From the NCBI GenBank assembly GCA_963729605.1, contig CAVSNY010000005.1, positions 32,001-96,000 on the forward strand: a DNA stretch of 64,000 nt, given 5' to 3'. A program made the translations under genes and the position numbers. The stretch comes from an uncultured Gammaproteobacteria bacterium. GTDB lineage: Bacteria; Pseudomonadota; Gammaproteobacteria; DRLM01. The stretch's first letter is position 1. Each line of letters starts with the position of its first letter. Below are positions 61,411 to 64,000 of this stretch, in pieces. The notes beneath the pieces were generated by a model. It was not told where the DNA came from. It worked only from the letters and a program-made list of their open reading frames with translations, and did not search any database.

Positions 61411-63906
61411 CTAGAGTACACCCACGGCATTCCAGGCCGCGATGGCCAAGCCGAATTGATAGACGATCTGGCTCACGCTGGTCCATAAAGTGAGCGGACG
61501 CAAGCGTTCCACATCCAAGGGCACCACGATGGTATCGCCGGGTTTTATGTGCACTGAACTGCGCTGAAACCACTTGCTGGACTTACTCGCTATCACCGCG
61601 CCGTTGGCGCGCACCACATAAATGCGGTCGTCGTCGGCCTTTTTGGTCAGGCCGCCGCTGGAATTGATGTATTCATCCCGTTTAAGCCCGGCGCGGTACA
61701 GATGCGAAGTGGGATGAAACACTTCGCCAATTACCGTGACCTCTTGCGTGAAAGGCGGAACCACCAAGGTGTCACCTTCTTTTAAGACCACATCGGCTTC
61801 TGGTTTGCCCGCGACTACGGCGGGCAGATCGATCACCAAACGGCCGGCGGCCTTGACCCGTTCCAGTTGGCTGGACAAGTCTTTCATGATTTGCAGTTCT
61901 TGTAGTTGATCGGCCTTGGTCTCCACCTGCATCTGTTGCAGGCTGAGGCTCGCCAAATCCTCCTGCAAGCGTTGCTGCAAGGTGTCCAACTGCTCCTGTT
62001 CACGCCGGCGCAGTTCTTCGCGCATGAATACCGCGCCGTCGGCGTAGGCGTAATCGGTGAGCCCGCCGGCGCGGGCGATCACGCTGCTGAGGGTTTCGCC
62101 GCGGCGAATCGGATAAGTGCCGGGAAAACGCACCTCTCCGCTGAGTTTTATTTGTCCTTGCGCCGCCCACTGCGGCACTTCCTTCACATTGAGATGATCG
62201 TGCGGATGCAGCGCCACGTCCGCGCCGGGCTTGCCGGCCAGAGCATCACCCAAATTGATCTTTTGCAGTTGCACCTCGCGGTATTCGCCGTTGACCACGC
62301 CATAACGGGTCAACTCGGCCTCCAGGGAGTAGGCCGCCTCACCCAGTTGTCCGCCCGCCCGCAGCAAATCGCTGACGCGCATATCGGCTTCCAGCGGATA
62401 TGTGCCGGGAAAACGCACATTGCCATCTACCGTCACTACCGGTGACGGCTGTTCCAAACTCGCTTGTTGGGTAAGCTGGTCCACTAGTTCCTCGATCACC
62501 TCGCCCCGGGCTTGGGTGGCGCCGAACACCAACACTTCATCGCGCGGGGCCAACCGCACGTCGGCGGACGAGCCCGGCTGATCCAAGGCTTTGCGCAAAC
62601 TGGCGGAGAACACCAGGATGCGCCGATCCGGCTTCAGCTCGCGCTTGATCACCAGGTAATCCAAGTCGGGCTTGGGCATCAATTCGTCCGGCGAGGCGAT
62701 CAAATTACTCAAGCGCATGCCTTCCCGCCATTGATACCCGCCGGGGCGCTGCACGTGGCCGGAGAGCAAGACGACGCCTTCCATATTTTCCAATATGGAA
62801 TGGACTCGTAAGACATCGCCATTTTGTACCGGCGTGGCGAGCACGGCCGGCGCGCTTAAATTCACATCCAGCAAGGTCCGTTCGCGCTGATTGTTGATCC
62901 GCTCCAATTGAGCGCCGGTCGGATACGCCGTGGAGAGCAGGCCGCCGCTGAAGGCGAGCGCCTCCCCGAGGGTCTTTTCGTGTTTCATTTCGTAAATCGC
63001 CGGACGCTTCACCTCACCCGCTACCCCGACCGTGGCGCCGATGGGCGGGACGAAGATGACGTCGCCCGGTTGCAGGCGGGCGTCGGCGCGGGTATCGCCG
63101 CGCAACAGGAGATCGTAAAGATCCAGGCGGGTGATTATTTCGCCGTTGCGTTTGAGTTGTATGTCGCGCAGCGACCCGATGGGTTTGACGCCGCCGCTCA
63201 CGAGCAAGGCATTGGTCATGGTGGACAGGCCGCTCACCGTGTAGGAGCCGGGCTGTTGCACGTCACCCAGCACGAAGACGCGGATGGAGCGCAGCGGGCC
63301 CAGGCTGATGTTCGCCCGCACGCCGATCAATTGCTGCTCCACCCGCTGCATGAGGTTGTCTTTGAGTTCGGGGAAACGCAGTCCCGCCACCGGCACCGGC
63401 CCAATGCCGGGGAAATTCAAGGTGCCGTCGCGACCCACCGGCAGGGTGTATTCAGCGTTGTCCTTGCCGAATAATTGCACTTGCACCATGTCGCCGGGAC
63501 CGACGATGTATTCGGCGGGCACCGGAATGTCGGTGGCCGGGGCAAAGGTGGTGGGGGAACCGGCGAAGAGATCGTAGCCGAATTGTTTGAGGCTCTGGCT
63601 ACTCTTTTGAGTTTTTTGTTTCTCGCTGAGCGAGGACTCATCCGCCGTTTTGCTTGCCTCCTCCATGGGAGAGGTCGGCTGCGTCGTGCGCGGTTTGGTT
63701 AATTCGGGAAATGCCGGCGCGGCTTGGGTCCGGCCCGCGCCCTCCCGTTGGTTGAGCAGCTCCTGGGCCTTGGCCTGCTCCTCCGGGGACAACTGCTGGA
63801 ATAGCTGGCGCTGTTCGGGGGTGAGCTCCACCGCCTGCACGGCCCATGCGAACCCGCAGGTCAGCACGACTCCCAATACGCCTTGAAAGACTTTCCTAGA
63901 CTTCAA
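61411..63906 (-). CDS. SLBB-domain polysaccharide export protein (KpsD/OtnA-like)
   Basis: Signal peptide, FGYDLF, YIVGPGD Poly_export motif, repeated G.V..PG.Y SLBB units, PGDTIVVP and C-terminal helix. Confidence 0.92.
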   Translation of the reverse strand: MKSRKVFQGVLGVVLTCGFAWAVQAVELTPEQRQLFQQLSPEEQAKAQELLNQREGAGRTQAAPAFPELTKPRTTQPTSPMEEASKTADESSLSEKQKTQKSSQSLKQFGYDLFAGSPTTFAPATDIPVPAEYIVGPGDMVQVQLFGKDNAEYTLPVGRDGTLNFPGIGPVPVAGLRFPELKDNLMQRVEQQLIGVRANISLGPLRSIRVFVLGDVQQPGSYTVSGLSTMTNALLVSGGVKPIGSLRDIQLKRNGEIITRLDLYDLLLRGDTRADARLQPGDVIFVPPIGATVGVAGEVKRPAIYEMKHEKTLGEALAFSGGLLSTAYPTGAQLERINNQRERTLLDVNLSAPAVLATPVQNGDVLRVHSILENMEGVVLLSGHVQRPGGYQWREGMRLSNLIASPDELMPKPDLDYLVIKRELKPDRRILVFSASLRKALDQPGSSADVRLAPRDEVLVFGATQARGEVIEELVDQLTQQASLEQPSPVVTVDGNVRFPGTYPLEADMRVSDLLRAGGQLGEAAYSLEAELTRYGVVNGEYREVQLQKINLGDALAGKPGADVALHPHDHLNVKEVPQWAAQGQIKLSGEVRFPGTYPIRRGETLSSVIARAGGLTDYAYADGAVFMREELRRREQEQLDTLQQRLQEDLASLSLQQMQVETKADQLQELQIMKDLSSQLERVKAAGRLVIDLPAVVAGKPEADVVLKEGDTLVVPPFTQEVTVIGEVFHPTSHLYRAGLKRDEYINSSGGLTKKADDDRIYVVRANGAVIASKSSKWFQRSSVHIKPGDTIVVPLDVERLRPLTLWTSVSQIVYQFGLAIAAWNAVGVL

Positions 63907-64000
63907 GCTGCGGAACCCCTCTGTTCATAGCCATCGTAGTCATGCCGTCAGCATCTCCTTCGCCAGTAAGGACCGAAGAAATCTACCACAATACAAGCAG

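Overview
GC-rich bacterial chromosome segment, probably a gammaproteobacterium (inferred from the galU-cysM-exonuclease-rlmD gene order). Positions 1-10.7 kb hold housekeeping genes: peptide ABC transporter parts, L,D-transpeptidase, CYTH protein, MDR dehydrogenase, GGCT-like protein, rlmD, a 3'-5' exonuclease, cysM and galU. Positions 10.7-64 kb are one large minus-strand surface-polysaccharide region with two assembly systems. One is an ABC (Wzm/Wzt) module with a methyltransferase/coiled-coil/GT fusion, a sulfotransferase and a GtrA/GtrB/GT-C-like cassette. The other is a Wzx/Wzy/Wzz module with an SLBB export protein. rmlBACD, manC, wecA, an IS911-like IS3 element and two broken MNT-HEPN modules are also present. 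The most striking unexplained structure is a ~45-bp double-hairpin repeat with 17 full copies and 1 partial copy. An inverted pair of these repeats brackets a DUF559 (Vsr-like) endonuclease gene. Gene-less inverted doublets elsewhere look like deletion derivatives of that unit, and the repeats sit next to tandem amplifications and degenerate echoes of neighbouring gene ends. This suggests a REP/REPIN-like mobile system driven by a DUF559 nuclease instead of a RAYT transposase (inference). A second palindrome family is inserted in-frame inside three protein genes. All calls are by eye from the sequence and ORF track; no database searches were run.
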